A stretch of DNA of 36,094 nucleotides from a virus (taxonomy: Duplodnaviria; Heunggongvirae; Uroviricota; Caudoviricetes): IMG/VR virus record IMGVR_UViG_2869947659_000011; one strand, given 5' to 3'. The position numbers and the translations under genes were made by a program. Shown piece by piece: positions 9,226 through 17,708 of this stretch. Below the pieces are notes generated by a model that was not told where the DNA came from, made no database searches, and was given only the letters and a program-made list of their open reading frames with translations. How positions within the stretch are numbered: position 1 is the first letter of the stretch; each line of letters opens with the position of its first letter.

Positions 9226-9600
9226 ATGAAAGACATCGATACTGAAACCCGGAATAACACCGTGGCGGATAATGTGACGGCAGTTGAGGATATGGCTGTC
9301 GAACGTGGCGTAAAACTGACCCGACCAATTGAGCGTGGTGGCGAAAAAATCACGTATGTGGAGATCACCGGGGCTATTGAGCAGGCTGGATCCCTGTGTG
9401 GTCTGTCGCTGTCTGATGTGCTGAATCTGAAAGCGGATACCATGTTCACGCTGTTGCCTCGCGTGACCTCGCCACGACTGGATGAAGTGATGATTAAAAA
9501 AATGTCGTCACGCGATTTTATTCAGTTGTGCGCTGTGGCTGTAAATTTTATGAGCGAGCCAGACTCTGGCGCGAAGAGCGTGCAGGAGACGGCAGCGTAA
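9226..9600 (+). CDS. E: Tail assembly chaperone (P2 gpE-like)
   Basis: 124-aa ORF between the tail tube and tape measure genes; the -1 frame ORF 9528..9764 overlaps its 3' end as expected for E/E'. Confidence 0.75.
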   Translation: MKDIDTETRNNTVADNVTAVEDMAVERGVKLTRPIERGGEKITYVEITGAIEQAGSLCGLSLSDVLNLKADTMFTLLPRVTSPRLDEVMIKKMSSRDFIQLCAVAVNFMSEPDSGAKSVQETAA

Positions 9601-9764
9601 TCACCCTGGTGTGCTTTGAGCACATCGAAGATCTGGTGGCGGATATTGCCGCCATTTTTAACTGGTCGCCCGCCGAAATCTTCATGATGACGCCCGGCGA
9701 AGTGGTTAGCTGGCGTGAGCGGGCGGCACTTCGTAGCGGGAATGCAGACAATGAAGACTCTTGA
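9528..9764 (+). CDS. E' extension, reached by programmed -1 frameshift from E (E+E' fusion)
   Basis: ORF in the -1 frame relative to E, opening just upstream of the slippery heptamer and ending inside the start of T. Confidence 0.55.
   Translation: MRCGCKFYERARLWREERAGDGSVITLVCFEHIEDLVADIAAIFNWSPAEIFMMTPGEVVSWRERAALRSGNADNEDS
9543..9549 (+). promoter_or_regulatory. Candidate -1 ribosomal slippery heptamer A_AAT_TTT for E to E'
   Basis: AAATTTT fits the X_XXY_YYZ pattern in the E frame (codons gta aat ttt) and lies 15 nt after the E' frame opens. Confidence 0.45.
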
Positions 9765-12558
9765 TATCCGGGTCGCTTTCAGCGCCGTTGACAGGCTGAC
9801 CCGGCCTGCCGAAAACGCCCGCCGCCTGATGGGGCAGTTTGGTGACTCCATCCAGCGAACGCAGGGGGCGATCAAAAATCTCGAGCGTCAGGCGCGATCA
9901 TTTGAGCGCGCCCGTGACGCTGTCAGTAAAGCGGATGCGGGCATCGTGAAAGCACGACGCCAGCTTAACGCCCTTAATCAGTTACAACGCACGGGTACAG
10001 TGCTCAGCGAAAAACAACAAAAGCTGATGCAGCAGTTAAGCACCCGGCTTGAACGCCTGAATGAATCGCGCACACGGGAAATTCAGAAAATGCGGGAGCT
10101 TGGCGGAGAGCTGAAACGCCACGGCATTTCCCTGACAGGCAGCGATAACACCATCCAGCAGGCCATCAGACGCACCGAACAGTACAACAACCAGCTTGAA
10201 CGCGAACGGCAGGCGCTTGCGCGTGTAACACGGGCGCGTGAGCGGTATTCGCGCGCGCAGGAAACAGCGGGAAAACTGAAAACAGGTGGTGCGCTGGCAA
10301 TTGGTGCGGCAGCGGCGGGCGGCTATGCTGCCGGGCGTTTTTTGCAGCCTGCGATCGGGTTCGGCAAAGAGATGTCCCGCGTTCAGGCACTGACGCGAAT
10401 CGACCAGAACAGCCTGCAGTTTAAGGCGCTGCGTGAGCAGGCGTTAAAACTTGGCTCTGAAACGCAGTTCACCGCAGGCGATGCCGCCAGTGGACAGGCA
10501 TTTCTTGCAATGGCTGGCTTTACACCACAGGCCATTCAGGCTGCGCTCCCTGGCGTACTGAGCATGGCAACGGCTGGCGGTATGGACCTCGGTGAGACGG
10601 CGGATATTGACTCAAATATTCTGACGCAGTTCGGTCTTTCTGCTGACCAGATGGACCGGGTCGGCGACACACTCACCGCAGCGTTTACCCGTACCAACAC
10701 TGACCTTCGCGCACTGGGTGAAACCATGAAATATGCAGGTCCGGTGGCGGGTAAGCTGGGAATATCTCTGGAGCAGGCCGCAGCGATGGCGGGCGTGCTG
10801 GCGAATATGGGTATCAGGGGGAGTGATGCTGGTACGGCAATGCGTGCCAGCCTGGCTCGTCTGGCATCACCGCCAAAGGCGGCAGCAGAGGCGCTGAAAG
10901 AGCTTGGCGTGTCTGTCTCGGATGCCGGGGGCAAAATGCGCCCGATGGAGGATGTGCTGGCTGACCTTTATAAAGCTACCCGCAAATACGGGGAAGTTGA
11001 CCGGGTATCGTTCTTTAAGGACATTGCCGGAGAAGAGGCTTTCACATCATTTATGGCCCTCGTTGATGCGGCAGGTGACGGCTCCTTACCCAAACTGAGA
11101 AAAGAACTTGAAGGCGCGCGCGGTGAGGCTGAACGCACGGCAAAGGTTATGGCCAACAACCTTGACGGCGATCTGAAATCACTCAGCAGTGCATGGGAAG
11201 GGTTGCGCATCCGCATTGCAGATCTGATTGACGGTCCGCTGCGTTCTGTCACGCAGTGGCTCACGCGTGTGGTATCAAAGGTGACGGCGCTGGCGCAGGC
11301 CCATCCCGCACTGACGCGCCAGCTACTGATTGCAGGCGGTGCATTGCTGGCAATGACTGCAACGGTTGGCTCGTTGTCGCTGGCTATTGGTGTGCTTGCT
11401 GGCCCGCTGGCAAAACTGCGTCTTGGTTTTTCCCTCCTGACCGGATCAATGAATGCTGTCAGGGTTCTGCCAGCACTATGGGGAATGGTGACGGGTTCCG
11501 TTTCTTTACTGGGAGGCGCTATCGGGGCGTTGTTCAGTCCGGTTGGTCTTATCGTGGCTGCGCTTGCCGGAGCTGCCGTTCTTATCTGGAAATACTGGGA
11601 TCCCATCAGGGCATTTTTTGCCGGGGTGTTCAGCGGGATTATGGAAAGGCTGACCCCGTTGCGCGAAACCTTTGAACGGTTTGGTCCTGTTTTTGACGCA
11701 ATCGCGAGTGGGATCAGCCAGGTGTTTAACTGGTTTAAATCGCTGCTGTCACCGATGGAGTCCAGCAAGGAAACTCTGGATAAATGTACCAGTGCTGGCG
11801 AGATATTCGGTAACGTTCTTGGCGGTGCGTTACAACTTGTTCTGACACCTGCAAAAATGTTGCTGGATACGCTGGCGTGGATACTTGAAAAGCTTGGTGT
11901 GCTTCCGGATGAAGCGGAAAGGGCGCGCAAGAAAATCGAAGACGCACAGCGTGCGGCCATTCTTCAGGACAAGGTTGCCTTGCTTCAGGGGGACCTGGCG
12001 AAAATCAATCCGCCGAAGCCTGTGGAAAATGGCAATGGCACCGGAGGTGATAACCCCAAAGACAATAAACCGCTCACAGACAGTAATACCGGTACGCTGC
12101 GCAGACTCAGCAAAATTGCTGATAACACAGGTAAGCTGGTTGAGGAGACGAAAAAACGCATTGGCCCCGGCGATATTGTCTTTAAAAACCTGCCCCGAGC
12201 ACTTGCTGTTCGTGGGGAGTGGCAGGAGCGGAAGATTGCGCAGGTCAGTAAGCCTGCCCCCGCAATTAATATCACACCCGTGGTTCCGGCTCCGCTGCCT
12301 CCGGCGCTGGTCCCTGTTGTTGCGGCCAGCTCCCGCCCGGTGGCGGAGGCTATACGATCTCCAGTGGCATCAGTTCCTGTAACTTCCCGTAACCGGGAGC
12401 CTGTTGCCTCCGGATTTGGTGGTGAAATTCATGTTCATCTGCATAACGTTGTTACGCAGAATCCCCGCGAACTGGCGAAACTGGTCGGTGAAATGGTCAG
12501 GGCAGAAATGGAACGGCGCGCCCGTGCCGGGCGTGGCTGTTTTTACGATAAAGATTGA
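9715..12558 (+). CDS. T: Tail tape measure protein (P2 gpT-like)
   Basis: 947-aa ORF; long coiled-coil N-terminal region and Gly/Ala-rich hydrophobic central block; position after E/E'. Confidence 0.88.
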   Translation: MSGRHFVAGMQTMKTLDIRVAFSAVDRLTRPAENARRLMGQFGDSIQRTQGAIKNLERQARSFERARDAVSKADAGIVKARRQLNALNQLQRTGTVLSEKQQKLMQQLSTRLERLNESRTREIQKMRELGGELKRHGISLTGSDNTIQQAIRRTEQYNNQLERERQALARVTRARERYSRAQETAGKLKTGGALAIGAAAAGGYAAGRFLQPAIGFGKEMSRVQALTRIDQNSLQFKALREQALKLGSETQFTAGDAASGQAFLAMAGFTPQAIQAALPGVLSMATAGGMDLGETADIDSNILTQFGLSADQMDRVGDTLTAAFTRTNTDLRALGETMKYAGPVAGKLGISLEQAAAMAGVLANMGIRGSDAGTAMRASLARLASPPKAAAEALKELGVSVSDAGGKMRPMEDVLADLYKATRKYGEVDRVSFFKDIAGEEAFTSFMALVDAAGDGSLPKLRKELEGARGEAERTAKVMANNLDGDLKSLSSAWEGLRIRIADLIDGPLRSVTQWLTRVVSKVTALAQAHPALTRQLLIAGGALLAMTATVGSLSLAIGVLAGPLAKLRLGFSLLTGSMNAVRVLPALWGMVTGSVSLLGGAIGALFSPVGLIVAALAGAAVLIWKYWDPIRAFFAGVFSGIMERLTPLRETFERFGPVFDAIASGISQVFNWFKSLLSPMESSKETLDKCTSAGEIFGNVLGGALQLVLTPAKMLLDTLAWILEKLGVLPDEAERARKKIEDAQRAAILQDKVALLQGDLAKINPPKPVENGNGTGGDNPKDNKPLTDSNTGTLRRLSKIADNTGKLVEETKKRIGPGDIVFKNLPRALAVRGEWQERKIAQVSKPAPAINITPVVPAPLPPALVPVVAASSRPVAEAIRSPVASVPVTSRNREPVASGFGGEIHVHLHNVVTQNPRELAKLVGEMVRAEMERRARAGRGCFYDKD

Positions 12559-12564
12559 GGAGTC

Positions 12565-13059
12565 ATGGCCATGATGATGATCTACGGCATGTTTGTTTTT
12601 GAGCTGCGCACGCTGCCGCATCAGCAGTTACAGCAAAACAAAAGCTGGCGGCATGTGAAAAATGAACGCGTTAACCGTTCAGCAAGCTGGCAGTATATCG
12701 GTGCAGGTGATGATCGCATCGTTCTTTCTGGTGTGCTTTATCCTGAAATTACAGGTGGCGAAGTGTCGCTGTCGCTGCTGACTACGCAGGCGTATACAGG
12801 ACGACCCTGGCCTTTGATTGATGGCGTCGGGCAGATTTACGGCATGTATGTCCTGACTGAAACGAATACGACCCGCTCCGAGTTTGATCGCTACGGTAAG
12901 GCGAAAAAGATAGAATTTTCACTGACTCTTGAACGCTGTGATGAGGATTTGCGGGAGCGCCTGCAATCCTCATCGTTCAGTGATATGCTGTCCGGCTTCA
13001 AAGATAAGGTGACATCATCTCTTAACAGCGCGGCCAGTTCAGTTAAAGGGCTGTTCTGA
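12565..13059 (+). CDS. U: Tail protein (P2 gpU-like)
   Basis: 164-aa ORF directly after T, same size class as P2 U and similar as remembered. Confidence 0.8.
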   Translation: MAMMMIYGMFVFELRTLPHQQLQQNKSWRHVKNERVNRSASWQYIGAGDDRIVLSGVLYPEITGGEVSLSLLTTQAYTGRPWPLIDGVGQIYGMYVLTETNTTRSEFDRYGKAKKIEFSLTLERCDEDLRERLQSSSFSDMLSGFKDKVTSSLNSAASSVKGLF

Positions 13060-13068
13060 TTTAACACA

Positions 13069-13098
13069 AAAACCGCTAATGGTCAGATTAGCGGTTTT
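13069..13098. terminator. Perfect 12-bp-stem hairpin between the convergent U and invertase genes (bidirectional terminator candidate)
   Basis: AAAACCGCTAAT-GGTCAG-ATTAGCGGTTTT; the right arm overlaps the last codons of the invertase gene. Confidence 0.5.
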
Positions 13099-13687
13099 CA
13101 TTTTCCTGAGTCTGCCCGGTTGTTTCTTCAGTCTGTATATCGCCTACAGGGTGATAACGATAAATCGTCGATGTGCCAATGCCGTAAATTATTGCCAGTT
13201 GTTTTCTGTCGTGCCCGTTTTTGATTAGCCTTGCTATTTGCTCATGCTGTTCTTTTGTCAGCTTCGGTCGACGTCCGCCTGTGCGCCCCCTTGCGCGCGC
13301 TGCCGCCAGCCCGGCCAGTGTACGTTCAACAATTAATTCACGTTCCATTTCAGCCAGGGCACCCATCACGTGGAAGAAAAAACGCCCCATTGGAGAAGAT
13401 GTGTCTATGCTGTCGGTCAGACTGCGAAAATTAATCCCTCGCTCCCGTAGTTCCCCGACGAGAGAAATCAGATGTTTCATGCTTCGCCCGAGGCGATCCA
13501 GTTTCCAGACAACCAGCGTGTCACCTTTTTGAAGGCGCTTTAAAGCGCGTTTTAATCCCGGTCGGTCTGTCTTTGTCCCGCTTAATTTATCTTCAAATAT
13601 TTGTTCACATCCTGCACAAACAAGAGCGTTTCGTTGCAGGTCTGTATTCTGGTCATTTGTTGATACCCTTACATAGCCAATCAGCAC
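13088..13687 (-). CDS. Serine DNA invertase, Gin/Cin/Pin/Hin family
   Basis: From the GTG at 13687 the product begins MLIGYVRVSTNDQNTDLQRNALVCAGCEQIFEDKLSGTKTDRPGLKRAL..., which closely matches the remembered N-termini of Mu Gin and e14 Pin (catalytic Ser in YVRVST, C-terminal HTH). The track start (TTG at 13705) is probably 6 codons too long. Confidence 0.9.
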   Translation of the reverse strand: MLIGYVRVSTNDQNTDLQRNALVCAGCEQIFEDKLSGTKTDRPGLKRALKRLQKGDTLVVWKLDRLGRSMKHLISLVGELRERGINFRSLTDSIDTSSPMGRFFFHVMGALAEMERELIVERTLAGLAAARARGRTGGRRPKLTKEQHEQIARLIKNGHDRKQLAIIYGIGTSTIYRYHPVGDIQTEETTGQTQENENR

Positions 13688-13741
13688 ACTGAATCTCCCG
13701 TCCAAAAGCGCAAATCATGCCATGCAGGCCAGAAACGGCCA

Positions 13742-13767
13742 TTATTTAAAACCTCGGTTTACAGGAA
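13742..13767. promoter_or_regulatory. Left inversion crossover site (gix/pix-like), between the invertase gene and the silent fibre cassette
   Basis: TTATTTAAAACCTCGGTTTACAGGAA differs at about 2 positions from Mu gixR as remembered and is the inverted partner of the site at 16417..16442 (shared 12-bp core ACCTCGGTTTAC / GTAAACCGAGGT). Confidence 0.7.
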
Positions 13768-14627
13768 ACGGTAAACAGGGCTGGTAACGCCGTGCAAAAA
13801 AATGGCGATACCTTGTCCGGTGGGCTTACTTTTGAAAATGACTCAATCCTTGCCTGGATTCGAAATACTGACTGGGCGAAGATTGGATTTAAAAATGATG
13901 CCGATGGTGACACTGATTCATACATGTGGTTTGAAACAGGCGACAACGGCAATGAATATTTCAAATGGAGAAGCCGCCAGAGCACCACAACAAAAGACCT
14001 GATGACGCTGAAATGGGATGCACTAAATATTCTTGTTAATGCTGTCATTAATGGCAGTCTTGGAGTTGGTTCGACGAATGCGTTAGGTGGTAGCTCTATT
14101 GTTCTTGGTGATAATGACACCGGATTTAAACAGAATGGAGACGGTATTCTGGATGTTTATGCTAATAGTCAGCGTGTATTCCGCTTTCAGAATGGAGTGG
14201 CTATTGCTTTTAAAAATATTCAGGCCGGGGATGGTAAAAAATTCACGCTATCCAGCTCCAACAACTCCACAAAGAATGCAACGTTTAATTTATGGGGTGC
14301 TTCAACCCGTCCAGTAGTTGCAGAGTTAGGCGATGAGGCAGGATGGCATTTCTATAGCCAGCGAAATACAGATAACTCGGTAATATTTTCTGTTAACGGT
14401 CAGATACAGCCCAGCAACTGGGGAATTTTGATTCACGCTATGTAAAAGATGTTCGCCTGGGTACGCGTGTTGTTCAATTGATGGCGCGTGGTGGTCGTTA
14501 TGAAAAAGCCGGACACGCAATTACCGGATTAAGAATCATTGGTGAAGTAGATGGCGATGATGAAGCCATCTTCAGACCAATACAAAAATACATCAATGGC
14601 ACATGGTATAACGTCGCACAGGTGTAA
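13768..14627 (+). pseudogene. Alternative tail-fibre C-terminal segment (Sv'-like), promoterless silent copy, frameshifted near 14424..14428
   Basis: The reading frame is open from the crossover site (..NLGLQETVNRAGNAVQKNGDTLSGGLTF..), in phase with H across the site. The conserved fibre C-terminus ..DSRYVKDVRLGTRVVQLMARGGRYEKAGHAITGLRIIGEVDGDDEAIFRPIQKYINGTWYNVAQV* is in the next frame after a missing base in GGAATTTT. Confidence 0.6.
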
Positions 14628-14630
14628 ATT

Positions 14631-15157
14631 ATGCAGCATTTAAAAAATATTAAGTCCGGAAATCCAAAAACAAAAGAACAATATCAGCTAACAAAGAATT
14701 TTGATGTTATCTGGTTATGGTCCGAAGACGGTAAAAACTGGTATGAGGAAGTAAATAACTTTCAGGACGACACCATAAAGATTGTATACGACGAAAATAA
14801 TATTATTGTTGCCATAACTAAAGATGCCTCAACGCTTAATCCGAAGGCTTTAGTGTCGTTGAGATTCCAGATATAACAGCCAATCGTCGTGCCGATGATT
14901 CAGGGAAGTGGATGTTTAAGGACGGAACTGTGGTTAAGCGGATTTATACAGCAGACGAACAGCAACAACAGGCCGAATCACAAAAGGTCGCGTTGCTTTC
15001 TGAAGCTGAAAGCGTTATTCAGCCACTGGAACGCGCTGTCAGGCTGAATATGGCGATGGATGAGGAACGCACACGACTGGAGTCATGGGAACGCTACAGC
15101 GTTCTGGTCAGCCGTGTGGATACAGCAAATCCCGAATGGCCACAAAAGCCTGAGTAA
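14631..15157 (+). pseudogene. Alternative tail fibre assembly chaperone (Tfa'), frameshifted near 14843..14848
   Basis: Track ORFs 14631..14876 and 14912..15157 together match the opposite-strand Tfa ([22 protein letters not shown].. then ..[28 protein letters not shown]). Reading continues in the +1 frame through ..[28 protein letters not shown]... Confidence 0.65.
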
Positions 15158-15162
15158 AAATT

Positions 15163-15182
15163 AAGGCCCAATATCGGGCCTT
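15163..15182. terminator. Hairpin between the convergent tfa' and tfa genes
   Basis: AAGGCCC-AATATC-GGGCCTT lies between the two stop codons (15155..15157 and 15186..15188). Confidence 0.5.
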
Positions 15183-15185
15183 CTC

Positions 15186-15719
15186 TCATTCTGGTTGTTC
15201 GGGAAACGTTACTGGCAGGCTGGAGGGGTCTGTAGATTCGACTTTCTGCGCATAGAGCATCCACTCGGTTAATTTTTGTTTATTCTCGTCGGAAATGATG
15301 CCCAGCCGTAGCTGTGAGTCCCATAGCTGGGTTTTATCCCTGACAAGTTGCAACAGGCTTTGCTTTTCATTTTCCGCTTGTTGCCTCTGCTCTTCCTCGG
15401 TATAAGTTCGCTTTATCACTACGCCATCTTTGAACAACCATTTCCCCGAAATATCAGCCCGGCGATTTGCTGTAATATCAGGTAATTCAACGACGCTTGC
15501 GCCTTCCGGATTAATTGCTGAAACATCCTTTTCAATACAAATAATAACGCCGTTATGGTAATAGACCATTTTCAAAGTGTCTGGCTGGAAATTCTTTTGT
15601 TCCTCATACCAGTTTTTTCCATCATCTGAATAAAGCCATTTGATGTTAAATTGCTTTGTTAGCTGGTATTGCTCTTTTGTTTTAGGGTTGCCAGCAGTAA
15701 TGTTTTTTAAGTGCATCAT
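15186..15719 (-). CDS. Tail fibre assembly chaperone (Tfa/gpG-like), expressed orientation
   Basis: 177-aa ORF directly after H; about 70% similar over its length to the tfa' copy; Tfa-like sequence as in Mu U and e14 TfaE. Confidence 0.8.
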   Translation of the reverse strand: MMHLKNITAGNPKTKEQYQLTKQFNIKWLYSDDGKNWYEEQKNFQPDTLKMVYYHNGVIICIEKDVSAINPEGASVVELPDITANRRADISGKWLFKDGVVIKRTYTEEEQRQQAENEKQSLLQLVRDKTQLWDSQLRLGIISDENKQKLTEWMLYAQKVESTDPSSLPVTFPEQPE

Positions 15720-15792
15720 CGTTAAATACTCCCCGCGTTATACCACGTCCCATTAATGCAATACTGAATTGGCCTTGCCTGTGTTGTATCAA

Positions 15793-17706
15793 TTAATTCA
15801 TCACGGTTTCCGTTAACTGAACCCGTAACGACATAACCTGACCTGTCAGACCAGCCGGACCATTCCATGTCTGAACAGATGACAGACCGCCAAGGCGAAT
15901 ACCTGTAATAAACCTTGAGTTACATTCTGCCCGCGTATATGCACCAACATCTCCCGCTGAAGGTTTTCGTGTCGTGGTATAGAAATCTGACCAACCTAAT
16001 TCAACCCCATAACCATCACGAGCCGACCTGTAGGAAATGCCACCATTTTTATAATTCACACGGAATTGTACGGCAGGACAGCTACCAGCATTTATATTAA
16101 AGTGAAGAATTAATGCAGATGCACCACCAATCAGGGCGTTATATGCACCACTATCCCAATTCCATCCAACGGATGTATCACCATTAACAGTATTACCTGT
16201 TTGTCGGAGTGCAAATGCATTGACATTTTTGGCACTAATTGAAATATCGCTAGAACCATCAAAACCAACTCCAGCAATTTTTCGTGCTGTTTTCAGCTTT
16301 GTTGCAGTAGCGGCATTGCCGGACAGTTCCCCAGAAAGGCCACCGCTGAATGTTTGTCGATTGGTCCAGGTATTCGCTGTACTGAGTAACGGTATTTTCT
16401 CCCCGCTTGTGCCGAGTTCTCGTAAACCGAGGTATTCGATAACGGCAGCAACGGTCGATTTCGCAAGAATATCCCGCCCGACTTTTGTCAGGGTTGCCAG
16501 GCTGGCGACATCATTCCCCGTAAAATACGGAAACCTGTCTGCCGCAGTAGCAAGCCCGGCCAGCGCCGTCAGGGTGGCATCTTTCGGTTGCTTACCCGCA
16601 AGCGCGTTAGTCATGGTGGTCGCAAAATTCGGGGCGTTTCCCAGCGCCGCCGCTAACTCGTTCAGCGTATTCAGTGCGTCAGGTGACGAATCTACAAGGG
16701 CGGCAATCGCAGCCATAACGAAAGCCGTGCTTGCGATTTGGGTATTATTCGTTCCCTGTCGCGCAGTTGGCGTTGTTGGCGTTCCGGTCAGCGCAGGACT
16801 GTTTAAGGGCGCTTTCTTGTTCGTTTCATCCATTACCGCCTTAACCGCTTTCGATGTCGCGGCCAGTGTTTCAGACGTGCTGTTGGTGGCACTACTGAGC
16901 TGGACTATCCCTTTTTGTGCCGTCGTGGCGTCCTGAGCGGTATATTTTGCGTTAGCAAGGTCATACGCGGCCTTTACTGCTTTCGGCGTTGCAGCCTGCG
17001 TTTCAGACGTGCTGTTGGTGGCGCTACTGAGCTGGACAAGGCCTTTTCGCGTCGTGCTGGCATCCTGCGCAGTATATTTACCGTTAGCAAGATCATACGC
17101 GGCCTTTACTGCTTTCGGCGTTGCAGCCTGCGTTTCAGACACGCTGTTAGTGGCGCTACTGAGTTGAACAAAGCCTTTTGCGGTCAGCGAGGCGTCCGGG
17201 TGACGTCGTGACTGTTCATGCTCTTTCAGTTTGTCATCCACGTAATCCACTGTGGCCATCACCATGGTGTTGTCCACGGTAAGCGCCACGGTGGCAGTGC
17301 TGGATACGGTCAGAATGGTGCGAAATGTTTGTGCACGACCGGACCCTTCGGCAACGGCTGGCTTGTAACTTTCGGCAGTATTTCCCACCGCGATTAAATC
17401 GCCGTGCTCATCAAATACACCAATTTCCCGGATCCAGAATCCGCCCGTTTCAGGAGGAATAACCAGCTCCGCAATAATGCGGTTCTGATGTGTTGCGTCC
17501 AGGATGACGCGATTAACAGTATGTCGCCACACCTCATGCACCAGACGGGTCTGCTTACTGTCTGGTGTGGGCAACGTGCCGCCACCGTCGCCCACGGCCA
17601 TATGAGTCAGGCGGACAGGCTTACCATCTGGCGCGGCTACCTGAGCTAATTTTTTTGCACCCGTATCGGTGATAATGGTTTTAAATTTTCGTGTTGTGGT
17701 ACTCAT
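15793..17706 (-). CDS. H: Tail fibre protein (P2 gpH-like): constant N-terminal part joined to the currently expressed variable C-terminal segment
   Basis: 637-aa ORF; three tandem 38-aa repeats of the phage tail-fibre repeat type (..KGLVQLSSATNSTSETQAATPKAVKAAYDLANAKYTAQDA..); the crossover site is embedded in frame at codon ~424. Confidence 0.88.
   Translation of the reverse strand: MSTTTRKFKTIITDTGAKKLAQVAAPDGKPVRLTHMAVGDGGGTLPTPDSKQTRLVHEVWRHTVNRVILDATHQNRIIAELVIPPETGGFWIREIGVFDEHGDLIAVGNTAESYKPAVAEGSGRAQTFRTILTVSSTATVALTVDNTMVMATVDYVDDKLKEHEQSRRHPDASLTAKGFVQLSSATNSVSETQAATPKAVKAAYDLANGKYTAQDASTTRKGLVQLSSATNSTSETQAATPKAVKAAYDLANAKYTAQDATTAQKGIVQLSSATNSTSETLAATSKAVKAVMDETNKKAPLNSPALTGTPTTPTARQGTNNTQIASTAFVMAAIAALVDSSPDALNTLNELAAALGNAPNFATTMTNALAGKQPKDATLTALAGLATAADRFPYFTGNDVASLATLTKVGRDILAKSTVAAVIEYLGLRELGTSGEKIPLLSTANTWTNRQTFSGGLSGELSGNAATATKLKTARKIAGVGFDGSSDISISAKNVNAFALRQTGNTVNGDTSVGWNWDSGAYNALIGGASALILHFNINAGSCPAVQFRVNYKNGGISYRSARDGYGVELGWSDFYTTTRKPSAGDVGAYTRAECNSRFITGIRLGGLSSVQTWNGPAGLTGQVMSLRVQLTETVMN
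16417..16442. promoter_or_regulatory. Right inversion crossover site (gix/pix-like) inside the tail fibre gene
   Basis: TTCTCGTAAACCGAGGTATTCGATAA is the inverted partner of 13742..13767 and encodes ..EYLGLRE.. in H; the Sv' frame reads ..NLGLQE.. across its partner, so inversion keeps the frame. Confidence 0.65.
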
Positions 17707-17708
17707 GC

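Noticed and set aside
10968-11960. 330-aa ORF on the minus strand inside the tape measure gene
   Set aside because: Antisense to a well-supported 947-aa gene in GC-rich sequence; Ala/Ser/Pro-rich low-complexity product typical of spurious antisense frames.
16220-16936. 238-aa ORF on the plus strand inside the tail fibre gene
   Set aside because: Antisense to H across its repeat region; Ala/Val-rich low-complexity translation.
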